Assembly (NCBI RefSeq): GCF_006345805.1
Contig: NC_043000.1
Span: 9,486,001-9,550,000 of the forward strand
Origin: Octopus sinensis
Lineage: Eukaryota
DNA length: 64,000 nt
Direction of reading: 5' to 3'
Each line of letters starts with the position of its first letter. Position 1 is the stretch's first letter. The notes below the pieces were generated by a model, which was given only the letters and a program-made list of their open reading frames with translations, did not search any database and was not told the origin of the DNA. Position numbers and translations under genes: made by a program. Below, in pieces: positions 27,346 to 42,300 of this stretch.

Positions 27346-27503
27346 ATTGCATCACAGTGCTGTTTTCCTCACAGAGGGTGCCCAGCTGACCCAACTATAC
27401 TGTGTAGTCAATAAAATCAAAAATAAGGAATGCCCATAAATGAAATTAAAAATATAAAATGGCAACAATTTACCCATCTCACCCATTATATATATATATT
27501 TAC

Positions 27504-27540
<37 letters not shown>

Positions 27541-28662
27541 GGCAAATAGATGAATAGATAGAAAGAGATAGAGAAAGATAAAGATACATGGATAGGTATG
27601 TATGTGTGAGCGTGTGTGTGTGCACACATGCCCATTTTTTTGTTTAGCACTACCCCGCTTAACAACTGCTGTTGGTTTGTTTACATCCCTGTAACTTAGC
27701 AGTTCAGCAAGTGAGACTGAAAGAGACCAGACTGTAAAACAAAATAGCTTGGAGTTAATTTAAATCAACAAAACCCTTGAAGTTGGTGCCCCAACATGGC
27801 CACAGTCCAGTGACTGAAACCAATACAAGAACAAGGAAATAATAATTTATTTATTCTTTCTCCAAATGGAATCAAAACATTGCCTAGGTTAACGTTGCCA
27901 TTTACTCTCCTAGCATTCATAAAAGAAATACCAGTAATTCACTGAGGTCATTTTAGTTGACTATGTGAGTCTCACCTTCAGAAATTGGATTTATGCCTAA
28001 TCAAAAGAAATCAATATATATATATATATATATGTTTTGAATAGAACAATGGAATTTATACAGATTGCTAAATATGTCAATTATTAATCAATATGTGTTT
28101 GAAAGAGATGTTGTTGCCAAGGTAGTATAACATTAGATTCAATAATTTACTCTATCATGTTTCAAACCTTTATATTTTGAGTTCAAATCCTATCAGAGGC
28201 TGGCATTAGATTTTATTTCTTCATGACACAATTTCCAATGATATCATTTTATCTTTTACCTTTTACTTACTTCAGTCATTAGACTACAGCCATGCTGGGA
28301 TACCGCCTTGAAAAATTTGAAACCAAATGAATCAACCCCAGTACTTTTACTATTGGTCTTTTGGCTGAACTGCTAAGTTATGAGGATGTAAACAAACCAA
28401 CTCTGGTTGTAAAGCAGTGATGGGGGACAAACACAGACACAAAGACACACACACACACACATATATATATATTCTTTTACTTGTTTCAGTCATTCGACTG
28501 TGGCCATGCTGGAGCACTGCCTTTAGTCAAACAAATTGACCCTAGGACTTATTCTTTGTAAGCCTAGTACTTATTTTATTGGTCTATTTTGCCGAACCAC
28601 TAAGTTATGGGGACATAAACACACTAACATCAGTTGTCAAGTGATGGTGAGGTGACTAACAA

Positions 28663-28696
<34 letters not shown>

Positions 28697-28697
28697 G

Positions 28698-28734
<37 letters not shown>

Positions 28735-28740
28735 ATGTAT

Positions 28741-28990
28741 TGGCACGTAAAAAGCACCATCCGATCGTGGCCGTCTGCCAGCCTCCCCTGGCACCTGTGC
28801 CGGTGACATGTAAAACGCACCCACTACACTCACGGAGTGGTTGACGTTAGGAAGGGCATCCAGCTGTAGAAACACTGCCAGATCAGACTGGGCCTGGTGC
28901 AGCCTTCTGGCTTCCCAGACCCCTGTTGAACCGTCCAACCCATGCTAGCATGGAAAGCAGACGCTGAATGATGATGATGATGACGATGAT
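28741..28990 (+). mobile_element. Family B RTE 3'-end repeat
   Basis: ggcacctgtgccggtgac..catgctagcatggaaagcagacgctgaatgatgatg. Confidence 0.75.
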
Positions 28991-29020
28991 GATATATATA
29001 TATATGTATATATATATATG

Positions 29021-29067
<47 letters not shown>

Positions 29068-29873
29068 GTATATGTATGTATATATATAGACACCACACAT
29101 ACATATATGTATATATATACATATATATATATGTATACACACACATCCAATAAACTTTCAGTTTTACAGTTTCTGTCTATGAAATTCCCTCGCAAATCTT
29201 TGGTCAACCTGGGGCAATGGTCGGAGGCACTAGCCCAAGTTGGTACACAATGGGACTGAACTCGAGACCATGTAGCTGGAATAGCAAACTTCTTATCGCA
29301 CAGTCAAGTCTGAGCCTATTACTTATATTTTAAACATATATATATATATAAAATCTTTGCTGAGATTAGAATTTCAAAAAGATGTTATGCTATTATCTGT
29401 GTGTAGACATGTGACTGATGATATGCCAATCTCCAATGTTCACAGTTTGCTTCTTTTAGATCTAAGATGATATATATTCCTATGTTTGGATATGTTTCCA
29501 TGGAAGGTTGTAAACAAAAGATACTGTTTGTTTAATGGTGATGCTCATTTGCAACTACTGCGTGCGCATGTACACACACGCATACACACACGCACACACA
29601 CACACACACACACGCGGGCGCACACACATACACAAGTAATTGCTGTCTCTCTGTGCTTCTTTGTTGTCAGTGGCATTTCTAACTTTCAGTCCATGACCTT
29701 TCAGATGGTTAGTCAGTCCAGTTGCAGATCTGCATTTGAAATATAGGTGACAGATGAAAGGTGTAACACTCACTGGATTGATTGGGGTCACTTTGTGGGA
29801 TATGATCTTTGTGTACTGCTATATGTTTTTTTCAGAACTGCAATCAACTTGCAAACTTTCTCACATACTAAGC

Positions 29874-30262
29874 GAGTGGCTGTGTGGTAAGTAGCTTGTT
29901 TACCAACCACATGGTTCCGGGTTCAGTCCCACTGCGTGGCACCTTGGGCAAGTGTCTTCTACTATAGCCTCGGGCCGACCAAAGCCTTGTGAGTGGATTT
30001 GGTAGACGGAAACTGAAAGAAGCCCATCGTATATATGTATATATATGTATGTGCGTGTATGTTTGTGTGTCTGTGTTTGTCCCCCTAGCATTGCTTGACA
30101 ACTAATGCTGGTGTGTTTATGTCCCCGTCACTTAGCGGTTCGGCAAAAGAGACCGATAGAATAAGTACTGGGCTTACAAAGAATAAGTCCCGGGATCGAG
30201 TTGCTCTATTAAAGGCGGTGCTCCAGCATGGCCGCAGTCAAAATGACTGAAACAAGTAAAAA
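29874..30262 (+). mobile_element. SINE family A, near-consensus
   Basis: Complete head, internal microsatellite and tail. Confidence 0.82.
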
Positions 30263-30401
30263 AAAAAAAAAGAAAAATACATGCATACATAAATACACAC
30301 ATATAGGCATCCATACATAAAGCATGTCTAGACAAGCAACTATATCCATACATAAAATGAAACATAGAAATCTGCTTGCATACATACACACACACACACG
30401 G

Positions 30402-30444
<43 letters not shown>

Positions 30445-30743
30445 TACATACATACATACATACAAAAATACCCTGTTGATGTTGAAATTTCAATGAAGGA
30501 GCCTTGATTCTAGGTTGAAAGCTGTTTCTTTCTCTATTAGCAAGAAATCTTGAAATAAGACTGAATAATGGCATGCATGCATGCATGCATCCATACATAC
30601 ATACATGCATGCATGCATACATACATACATACATACATATGTAAATGTGTGTGTGTTTGTGTTGGGTAGGTAGGTGGATGTATGGTAGGCTTCTTTCAGT
30701 TTCTAGTTACCCAGTCCATACATAGTGCTTTGGTCAACTAGGG

Positions 30744-31159
30744 TTCTTATTTCTTTATTGCCCATAAGGGGCTAAACATAGAGGGGACAAACAAGGACAG
30801 ACAAAGGGATTAAGTCGATTACATTGGCCCAGTGTGCAACTGGTACTTAATTTATCGCCCCGAAAGGATGAAAGGCAAAGTTGACCTTGGCAGAATTTGA
30901 ACTCAGAACGTAACGGCAGACAAAATACCTATTTCTTTACTACCCACAAGGGGCTAAACACAGAGAAGACAAACAAGGACAGACAGATGGATTAAGTCGA
31001 TTATATCGACCCCAGTGCATAACTGGTACTTAATTTATCGCCCCGAAAGGATGAAAGGCAAAGTTGACCTCAGCAGAATCTGAACTCAGAACATAACGGC
31101 AGATGAAATACCGCTAAGCATTTCGCCCGGTGTGCTAATGTTTCTGCCAGCTCGCAGCC
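30744..31159 (-). mobile_element. Tandem dimer of SINE family C nested in a family A head, with TSD of about 24 bp
   Basis: Two consecutive tttcttta..aaggggctaaac..gaactcagaac units. Flanks are atagtgctttggt(c/g)aactagggtt at 30722-30745 and 31162-31185. Confidence 0.75.
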
Positions 31160-32344
31160 TTATAGTGCTTTGGTGAACTAGGGTTATAGTAGAAGACACT
31201 TGCTCAAGGTGCCATGCAGCTAGATTGAACCCAAAACCACATGGTTAGAAAGCAAACTTCTTAACCTCGCAGCCATATCTGCACTTCCAAAATTACTTTA
31301 ATACTCCAGTTGCTATTTTGACCAGATTTTTATGAAGAACTATAATTTGAGCAACAAAATAAATACCCCTGTCTTTGGAAGAAAGTAACATTGCTGGTTT
31401 TAGTGGTTTCTTCCTCATATCTGGTTGAGATAGCGTTCAACATAGTCGTAGAACTGTTTGCTAAACAATGGAATTGATTACAGACATGTAAAAAATAAAA
31501 GACTTCAGGATCTTTTTTGCTGAATATTGAACCTATTTTTGAATTTTAAAAATCTCGTCAAGCATAGTTTTCTATAATTAAATTTATTAAATATTGTTTT
31601 TGGAATATAATAATTTATTGAACATGATAGATTTTTTTGGTGGGTTTTTTTCATAAAGTTAGCCAAATACTAATAATGCGTTTCATTCATTGATGCTACT
31701 AGCAAAAGCAATAGTATTTTATTTAAAATTTAAATAGTAATGTTGCTCTTTGCTCGAGAATGCATTTATAATACAATCTAGATATAATTTCACAATACAA
31801 GTCCTTGTCTTGTGCAGTAATTGCCATAAAATGAAAAAATTAACACTAGGTAAAAATCAACATGGCGCACTATTTTGTGCAAATATCTAAACAAAGGCAT
31901 ATGCTAAATGGAATAGTACAAGAAGAAAATATGGATAATAAATCAATAAAATGCTGTGCAAAATTGGTTTCTGATGGATTAAAATAATCAGTTTTTGTTT
32001 GTTTTTGCTTTGTTTTTTTGTTAGGCATTTATAAAACATCATTCAGGCAAAAGGCAGCTGAGCCACAGAGAAACATTGTTTAACAGATTATGTTTTATGT
32101 TTTTTTTTATATATAGGTGTAGGAGTGGCTGTGTGGTAAGTAGCTTGCTTACCAACCACATGGTTCTGGGTTCAGTCCCACTGCATGGCACCTTGGGCAA
32201 ATGTCTTCTACTATAGCCTTGGGCTGACCAAACCCTTGTGAGTGGATTTGGTTGATGGAAACTGAAAGAAGCCCATTGTATATATATATATAATATATAT
32301 ATATATATATACGATGGGCTTTTATTTTATATATATATATATAT

Positions 32345-32975
32345 AATATGAATTAGAGATAAAACCACTATTAGGCAACTCAAACAGTGATAGACATAAA
32401 CCAATGCATAAATAACAAATGATATAAATATAATTAATATTATATATCTATATAAATTTTTCTTTTTCCAAAAAGTATAAAAAGTATGATAAATATAATA
32501 TAATAAGTAAAAGCACTATGTACGTTTCATGGCTATAATTAAATTCGGAAAAAAAAATTTATATAGATATATATATTATTTTTATATATATATATATTAT
32601 ATATATATATATAATATGAATTAGAGATAAAACCACTATTAGGCAACTCAAACAGTGATAGACATAAACCAATGCATAAATAACAAATGATATAAATATA
32701 ATTAATATTATATATCTATATAAATTTTTCTTTTTCCAAAAAGTATAAAAAGTATGATAAATATAATATAATAAGTAAAAGCACTATGTACGTTTCATGG
32801 CTATAATTAAATTCGGAAAAAAAAATTTATATAGATATATATATTATTTTTATATATATATATTTATTATATATTATATTAATCATATTTATATTATTTG
32901 TTATTTAAGTATTGGTTTATGTCTATCACTGTTTGAGTTGCCTAATTGTGGTTTTAACTCTAATTCATATTTTAT
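32345..32975. repeat. AT-rich unit of about 265 bp, twice in tandem, followed by an inverted partial copy
   Basis: atgaattagagataaaaccactattaggcaactcaaacagtgatagac occurs at about 32348 and 32616. Its reverse complement is at about 32880-32970. Confidence 0.85.
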
Positions 32976-33056
32976 ATTTTATATATTTATACTATGAAAT
33001 TCGATTTAATACTAAATCTAATTTTTCCCTGTAAGTTTGGAGCCATACTCCCTAAT

Positions 33057-33105
<49 letters not shown>

Positions 33106-33254
33106 AAATAAATATAAGAGAATGGTCACTATGTGGCTCATTCTAGTACTAGTAAATCCAAAAGGTTTCAACCACAAAAATACATGTTTCCCATGAAAGT
33201 CAGTACGATTGTTAGCTCACACGAACAGGGCAAATAAAAAATAACAAGAATACA

Positions 33255-33345
33255 GATTATTTTGGGACAATTGTTTCGCTATTAATGAATTAAATGTAAT
33301 TTTACTTACAAAAAACCCACTTGTAGCTCCTCAGCCAAAACTATC
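33255..33345 (-). ncRNA. Type I hammerhead ribozyme, representative copy in unit 1; repeated in all 34 units
   Basis: The - strand reads GAUAG-UUUUGG CUGAGGA GCUA..UAGC GAAA C AAUU GUC CCAAAA-UAAUC. Helix I is UUUUGG/CCAAAA. Helix II is GCUA/UAGC extended by GUGGGUU/AAUUCAU and UGUAA/UUACA. Helix III is a 2-bp stem with a palindromic AAUU loop. Predicted cleavage is between 33266 and 33265. Confidence 0.88.
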
Positions 33346-36300
33346 TGGATGAAATCCACTCAATCACACGCCAGATTTTACCATAACGATAAATACACGT
33401 GTGGTTCAATTGATTACATCCGACGTTATAATTCAAATGCCCCTACCAACAGCGCGCCAAACTTTCACGGAAACAAATACTACATTTAGAAATAAATGTA
33501 GCATAATTATAATTAATTAATAAGGGTGAGAGAATTAGATACTAATTTAATAGTATATCTATTCAACACCAAGTGGCCCAGTGCCTCGAGAAACCTGGAT
33601 TATTATAATATTTTATAATATATTATAATATTTTATACAAAAATAAATATAAGAGAATGGTCACTATGTGGCTCATTCTAGCACTAGTAAATCCAAAAGG
33701 TTTCAACACAAAAATACATGTTTCCCATGAAAGTCAGTACGATTGTTAGCTCACACGAACAGGGCAAATAAAAAATAACAAAAATACAGATTATTTTGGG
33801 ACAATTGTTTCACTATTAATGAATTAAATGTAATTTTACTTACAAAAAACCCACTTGTAGCTCCTCAGCCAAAACTATCTGGATGAAATCCACTCAATCA
33901 CACGCCAGATTTTACCATAACGATAAATACACGTGTGGTTCAATTGATTACATCCGACGTTATAATTCAAATGCCCCTACCAACAGCGCGCCAAACTTTC
34001 ACACGGAAACAAATACTACATTTAGAAATAAATGTAGCATAATTATAATTAATTAATAAGGGTGAGAGAATTAGATACTAATTTAATAGTATATCTATTC
34101 AACACCAAGTGGCCCAGTGCCTCGAGAAACCTGGATTATTATAATATTTTATAATATATTATAATATTTTATACAAAAATAATATAAGAGAATGGTCACT
34201 ATGTGGCTCATTCTAGCACTAGTAAATCCAAAAGGTTTCAACCACAACAATACATGTTTCCCATGAAAGTCAGTACAATTGTTAGCTCACACGAACAGGG
34301 CAAATAAAAAATAACAAAAATACAGATTATTTTGGGACAATTGTTTCACTATTAATGAATTAAATGTATTTTACTTACAAAAAACCCACTTGTAGCTCCT
34401 CAGCCAAAACTATCTGGATGAAATCCACTCAATCACACGCCAGATTTTACCATAACGATAAATACACGTGTGGTTCAATTGATTACATCCGACGTTATAA
34501 TTCAAATGCCCCTACCAACAGCGCGCCAAACTTTCACGGAAACAAATACTACATTTAGAAATAAATGTAGCATAATTATAATTAATTAATAAGGGTGAGA
34601 GAATTAGATACTAATTTAATAGTATATCTATTCAACACCAAGTGACCCAGTGCCTCGAGAATCCTGGATTATTATAATATTTTATAATATATTATAATAT
34701 TTTATACAAAAATAAATATAAGAGAATGGTCACTATGTGGCTCATTATAGCACTAGAAAATCCAAAAGTTTCAACCACAAAAATACATGTTTCCCATGAA
34801 AGTCAGTACGATTGTTAGCTCACATGAACAGGGCAAATAAAAAAAAACAAAAATACAGATTATTTTGGGACAATTGTTTCACTATTAATGAATTAAATGT
34901 AATTTTACTTACAAAAAACCCACTTGTAGCTCCTCAGCCAAAACTATCTGGATGAAATCCACTCAATCACAGCCAGATTTTACCATAACGATAAATACAC
35001 GTGTGGTTCAATTGATTACATCCGACGTTATAATTCAAATGCCCCTACCAACAGCGCGCCAAACTTTCACGGAAACAAATACTACATTTAGAAATAATGT
35101 AGCATAATTATAATTAATTAATAAGGGTGAGAGAATTAGATACTAATTTAATAGTATATCTATTCAACACCAAGTGGCCCAGTGCCTCGAGAAACCTGGA
35201 TTATTATAATATTTTATAATATATTATAATATTTTATACAAAAATAAATATAAGAGAATGGTCACTATGTGGCTCATTCTAGCACTAGTAAATCCAAAAG
35301 GTTTCAACCACAAAAATACATGTTTCCCATGAAAGTCAGTACGATTGTTAGCTCACACGAACAGGGCAAATAAAAAATAACAAAAATACAGATTATTTTG
35401 GGACAATTGTTTCACTATTAATGAATTAAATGTATTTTACTTACAAAAAAACCACTTGTAGCTCCTCAGCCAAAACTATCTGGATGAAATCCACTCAATC
35501 ACACGCCAGATTTTACCATAACGATAATACACGTGTGGTTCAATTGATTACATCCGATGTTATAATTCAAATGCCCCTACCAACAGCGCGCCAAACTTTC
35601 ACGGAAACAAATACTACATTTAGAAATAAATGTAGCATAATTATAATTAATTAATAAGGGTGAGAGAATTAGATACTAATTTAATAGTATATCTATTCAA
35701 CACCAAGTGGCCCAGTGCCTCGAGAAACCTGGATTATTATAATATTTTATAATATATTATAATATTTTATACAAAAATAAATATAAGAGAATGATCACTA
35801 TGTGGCTCATTCTAGCACTAGTAAATCCAAAAGGTTTCAACCACAAAAATACATGTTTCCCATGAAAGTCAGTACGATTGTTAGCTCACACGAACAGGGC
35901 AAATAAAAAATAACAAAAATACAGATTATTTTGGGACAATTGTTTCACTATTAATGAATTAAATGTAATTTTACTTACAAAAAACCCACTTGTAGCTCCT
36001 CAGCCAAAACTATCTGGATGAAATCCACTCAATCACACGCCAGATTTTACCATAACGATAAATACACACGTGTGGTTCAATTGATTACATCCGACGTTAT
36101 AATTCAAATGCCCCTACCAACAGCGCGCCAAACTTTCACGGAAACAAATACTACATTTAGAAATAAATGTAGCATAATTATAATTAATTAATAAGGGTGA
36201 GAGAATTAGATACTAATTTAATAGTATATCTATTCAACACCAAGTGGCCCAGTGCCTCGAGAAACCTGGATTATTATAATATTTTATAATATATTATAAT

Positions 36301-39300
36301 ATTTTATACAAAAATAAATATAAGAGAATGGTCACTATGTGGCTCATTCTAGCACTAGTAAATCCAAAAGGTTTCAACCACAAAAATACATGTTTCCCAT
36401 GAAAGTCAGTACATTGTTAGCTCACACGAACAGGGCAAATAAAAAATAACAAAAATACAGATTATTTTGGGACAATTGTTTCACTATTAATGAATTAAAT
36501 GTAATTTTACTTACAAAAAACCCACTTGTAGCTCCTCAGCCAAAACTATCTGGATGAAATCCACTCAATCACACGCCAGATTTTACCATAACGATAATAC
36601 ACGTGTGGTTCAATTGATTACATCCGACGTTATAATTCAAATGACCCTACCAACAGCGCGCCAAACTTTCACGGAAACAAATACTACATTTAGAAATAAA
36701 TGTAGCATAATTAAAATTAATTAATAAGGGTGAGAGAATTAGATACTAATTTAATAGTATATCTATTCAACACCTAGTGGCCCAGTGCCTCGAGAAACCT
36801 GGATTATTATAATATTTTATAATATATTATAATATTTTATACAAAAATAAATATAAGAGAATGGTCACTATGTGGCTCATTCTAGCACTAGTAAATCCAA
36901 AAGGTTTCAACACAAAAAATACATGTTTCCCATGAAAGTCAGTACGATTGTTAGCTCACACGAACAGGGCAAATAAAAAATAACAAAAATACAGATTATT
37001 TTGGGACAATTGTTTCACTATTAATGAATTAAATGTAATTTTACTTACAAAAAACCCACTTGTAGCTCCTCAGCCAAAACTATCTGGATGAAATCCACTG
37101 AATCACACGCCAGATTTTACCATAACGATAAATACACGTGTGGTTCAATTGATTACATCCGACGTTATAATTCAAATGCCCCTACCAACAGCGCGCCAAA
37201 CTTTCACGGAAACAAATACTACATTTAGAAATAAATGTAGCATAATTATAATTAATTAATAAGGTGAGAGAATTAGATACTAATTTAATAGTATATCTAT
37301 TCAACACCAAGTGACCCAGTGCCTCGAGAAACCTGGATTATTATAATATTTTATAATATATTATAATATTTTATACAAAAATAAATATAAGAGAATGGTC
37401 ACTATGTGGTTCATTATAGCACTAGAAAATGCAAAAGGTTTCAACCACAAAAATACATGTTTCCCATGAAAGTCAGTACGATTGTTAGCTCACACGAACA
37501 GGGCAAATAAAAAATAACAAAAATACAGATTATTTTGGGACAATTGTTTCGCTATTAATGAATTAAATGTAATTTTACTTACAAAAAACCCACTTGTAGC
37601 TCCTCAGCCAAAACTATCTGGATGAAATCCACTCAATCACACGCCAGATTTTACCATAACGATAAATACACGTGTGTGGTTCAATTGATTACATCCGACG
37701 TTATAATTCAAATGCCCCTACCAACAGCGCGCCAAACTTTCACGGAAACAAATACTACATTTAGAAATAAATGTAGCATAATTATAATTAATTAATAAGG
37801 GTGAGAGAATTAGATACTAATTTAATAGTATATCTATTCAACACCAAGTGACCCAGTGCCTCGAGAAACCTGGATTATTATAATATTTTATAATATATTA
37901 TAATATTTTATACAAAAATAAATATAAGAGAATGGTCACTATGTGGCTCATTATAGCACTAGAAAATGCAAAAGGTTTCAACCACAAAAATACATGTTTC
38001 CCATGAAAGTCAGTACGATTGTTAGCTCACATGAACAGGGCAAATAAAAAATAACAAAAATACAGATTATTTTGGGACAATTGTTTCGCTATTAATGAAT
38101 TAAATGTAATTTTACTTACAAAAAACCCACTTGTAGCTCCTCAGCCAAAACTATCTGGATGAAATCCACTCAATCACAGGCCAGATTTTACCATAACGAT
38201 AAATACACGTGTGGTTCAATTGATTACATCCGACGTTATAATTCAAATGCCCCTACCAACAGCGCGCCAAACTTTCACGAAACAAATACTACATTTAGAA
38301 ATAAATGTAGCATAATTATAATTAATTAATAAGGGTGAGAGAATTAGATACTAATTTAATAGTATATCTATTCAACACCAAGTGGCCCAGTGCCTCGAGA
38401 AACCTGGATTATATAATATTTTATAATATATTATAATATTTTATACAAAAATAAATATAAGAGAATGGTCACTATGTGGCTCATTCTAGCACTAGTAAAT
38501 CCAAAAGGTTTCAACCACAAAAATACATGTTTCCCATGAAAGTCAGTACGATTGTTAGCTCACACGAACAGGGCAAATAAAAAATAACAAAAATACAGAT
38601 TATTTTGGGACAATTGTTTCACTATTAATGAATTAAATGTAATTTTACTTACAAAAAACCCACTTGTAGCTCCTCAGCCAAAACTATCTGGATGAAATCC
38701 ACTCAATCACACGCCAGATTTTACCATAACGATAAATACACGTGTGGTTCAATTGATTACATCCGACGTTATAATTCAAATGCCCCTACCAATAGCGCGC
38801 CAAACTTTCACGGAAACAAATACTACATTTAGAAATAAATGTAGCATAATTATAATTAATTAATAAGGGTGAGAGAATTAGATACTAATTTAATAGTATA
38901 TCTATTCAACACCAAGTGGCCCAGTGCCTCGAGAAACCTGGATTATTATAATATTTTATAATATATTATAATATTTTATACAAAAATAAATATAAGAGAA
39001 TGATCACTATGTGGCTCATTCTAGCACTAGTAAATCCAAAAGGTTTCAACCACAAAAATACATGTTTCCCATGAAAGTCAGTACGATTGTTAGCTCACAC
39101 GAACAGGGCAAAAAAAAATAACAAAAATACAGATTATTTTGGGACAATTGTTTCACTATTAATGAATTAAATGTAATTTTACTTACACAAAAAACCCACT
39201 TGTAGCTCCTCAGCCAAAACTATCTGGATGAAATCCACTCAATCACACGCCAGATTTTACCATAACGATAAATACACGTGTGGTTCAATTGATTACATCC

Positions 39301-42300
39301 GACGTTATAATTCAAATGCCCCTACCAACAGCGCGCCAAACTTTCACGGAAACAAATACTACATTTAGAAATAAATGTAGCATAATTATAATTAATTAAT
39401 AAGGGTGAGAGAATTAGATACTAATTTAATAGTATATCTATTCAACACCAAGTGGCCCAGTGCCTCGAGAAACCTGGATTATTATAATATTTTATAATAT
39501 ATTATAATATTTTATACAAAAATAAATATAAGAGAATGGTCACTATGTGGCTCATTCTAGCACTAGTAAATCCAAAAGGTTTCAACCACAAAAATACATG
39601 TTTCCCATGAAAGTCAGTACAATGTTAGCTCACACGAACAGGGCAAATAAAAAATAACAAAAATACAGATTATTTTGGGACAATTGTTTCACTATTAATG
39701 AATTAAAATTAATGTAATTTTACTTACAAAAAACCCACTTGTAGCTCCTCAGCCAAAACTATCTGGATGAAATCCACTCAATCACACGCCAGATTTTACC
39801 ATAACGATAATACACGTGTGGTTCAATTGATTACATCCGACGTTATAATTCAAATGACCCTACCAACAGCGCGCCAAACTTTCACGGAAAACAAAACTAC
39901 ATTTAGAAATAAATGTAGCATAATTAAAATTAATTAATATAAGGGTGAGAGAATTAGATACTAATTTAATAGTATATCTATTCAACACCTAGTGGCCCAG
40001 TGCCTCGAGAAACCTGGATTATTATAATATTTTATAATATATTATAATATTTTATACAAAAATAAATATAAGAGAATGGTCACTATGTGGCTCATTCTAG
40101 CACTAGTAAATCCAAAAGGTTTCAACCACAAAAATACATGTTTCCCATGAAAGTCAGTACGATTGTTAGCTCACACGAACAGGGCAAATAAAAAATAACA
40201 AAAATACAGATTATTTTGGACAATTGTTTCACTATTAATGAATTAAATGTAATTTTACTTACAAAAAACCCACTTGTAGCTCCTCAGCCAAAACTATCTG
40301 GATGAAATCCACTCAATCACACGCCAGATTTTACCATAACGATAAATACACGTGTGGTTCAATTGATTACATCCGACGTTATAATTCAAATGCCCCTACC
40401 AACAGCGCGCCAAACTTTCACGGAAACAAATACTACATTTAGAAATAAATGTAGCATAATTATAATTAATTAATAAGGGTGAGAGAATTAGATACTAATT
40501 TAATAGTATATCTATTCAACACCAAGTGACCCAGTGCCTCGAGAAACCTGGATTATTATAATATTTTATAATATATTATAATATTTTATACAAAATAAAT
40601 ATAAGAGAATGGTCACTATGTGGTTCATTATAGCACTAGAAAATGCAAAAGGTTTCAACAAAAAATACATGTTTCCCATGAAAGTCAGTACGATTGTTAG
40701 CTCACACGACAGGGCAAATAAAAAATAACAAAAATACAGATTATTTTGGGACAATTGTTTCGCTATTAATGAATTAAATGTAATTTTACTTACAAAAAAC
40801 CTACTTGTAGCTCCTCAGCCAAAACTATCTGGATGAAATCCACTCAATCACACGCCAGATTTTACCATAACGATAAATACACGTGTGGTTCAATTGATTA
40901 CATCCGACGTTATAATTCAAATGCCCCTACCAACAGCGCGCCAAACTTTCACGGAAACAAATACTACATTTAGAAATAAATGTAGCATAATTATAATTAA
41001 TTAATAAGGGTGAGAGAATTAGATACTAATTTAATAGTATATCTATTCAACACCAAGTGGCCCAGTGCCTCGAGAAACCTGGATTATTATAATATTTTAT
41101 AATATATTATAATATTTTATACAAAAATAAATATAAGAGAATGGTCACTATGTGGCTCATTCTAGCACTAGTAAATCCAAAAGGTTTCAACCACAAAAAT
41201 ACATGTTTCCCATGAAAGTCAGTACGATTGTTAGCTCACACGAACAGGGCAAATAAAAAATAACAAAAATACAGATTATTTTGGGACAATTGTTTCACTA
41301 TTAATGAATTAAATGTAATTTTACTTACAAAAAACCCACTTGTAGCTCCTCAGCCAAAACTATCTGGATGAAATCCACTCAATCACACGCCAGATTTTAC
41401 CATAACGATAATACACGTGTGGTTCAATTGATTACATCCGACGTTATAATTCAAATGCCCCTACCAATAGCGCGCCAAACTTTCACGGAAACAAATACTA
41501 CATTTAGAAATAAATGTAGCATAATTATAATTAATTAATAAGGGTGAGAGAATTAGATACTAATTTAATAGTATATCTATTCAACACCAAGTGGCCCAGT
41601 GCCTCGAGAAACCTGGATTATTATAATATTTTATAATATTATAATATTTTATACAAAAATAAATATAAGAGAATGATCACTATGTGGCTCATTCTAGCAC
41701 TAGTAAATCCAAAAGGTTTCAACCACAAAAATACATGTTTCCCATGAAAGTCAGTACGATTGTTAGCTCACACGAACAGGGCAAATAAAAATAACAAAAA
41801 TACAGATTATTTTGGGACAATTGTTTCACTATTAATGAATTAAATGTAATTTTACTTACAAAAAACCCACTTGTAGCTCCTCAGCCAAAACTATCTGGAT
41901 GAAATCCACTCAATCACACGCCAGAGATTTACCATAACGATAAATACACGTGTGGTTCAATTGATTACATCCGACGTTATAATTCAAATGCCCCTACCAA
42001 CAGCGCGCCAAACTTTCACGGAAACAAATACTACATTTAGAAATAAATGTAGCATAATTATAATTAATTAATAAGGGTGAGAGAATTAGATACTAATTTA
42101 ATAGTATATCTATTCAACACCAAGTGGCCCAGTGCCTCGAGAAACCTGGATTATTATAATATTTATAATATATTATAATATTTTATACAAAAATAAATAT
42201 AAGAGAATGGTCACTATGTGGCTCATTCTAGCACTAGTAAATCCAAAAGGTTTCAACCACAAAAATACATGTTTCCCATGAAAGTCAGTACAATTGTTAG

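Noticed and set aside
33170-33215. Second hammerhead-like motif in the unit (- strand CUGACUUUCAUGGGAAACAUGUA)
   Set aside because: It has GAAAC-AU-GUA but lacks the CUGANGA core, helix II and a pairing helix I. At most a relic.
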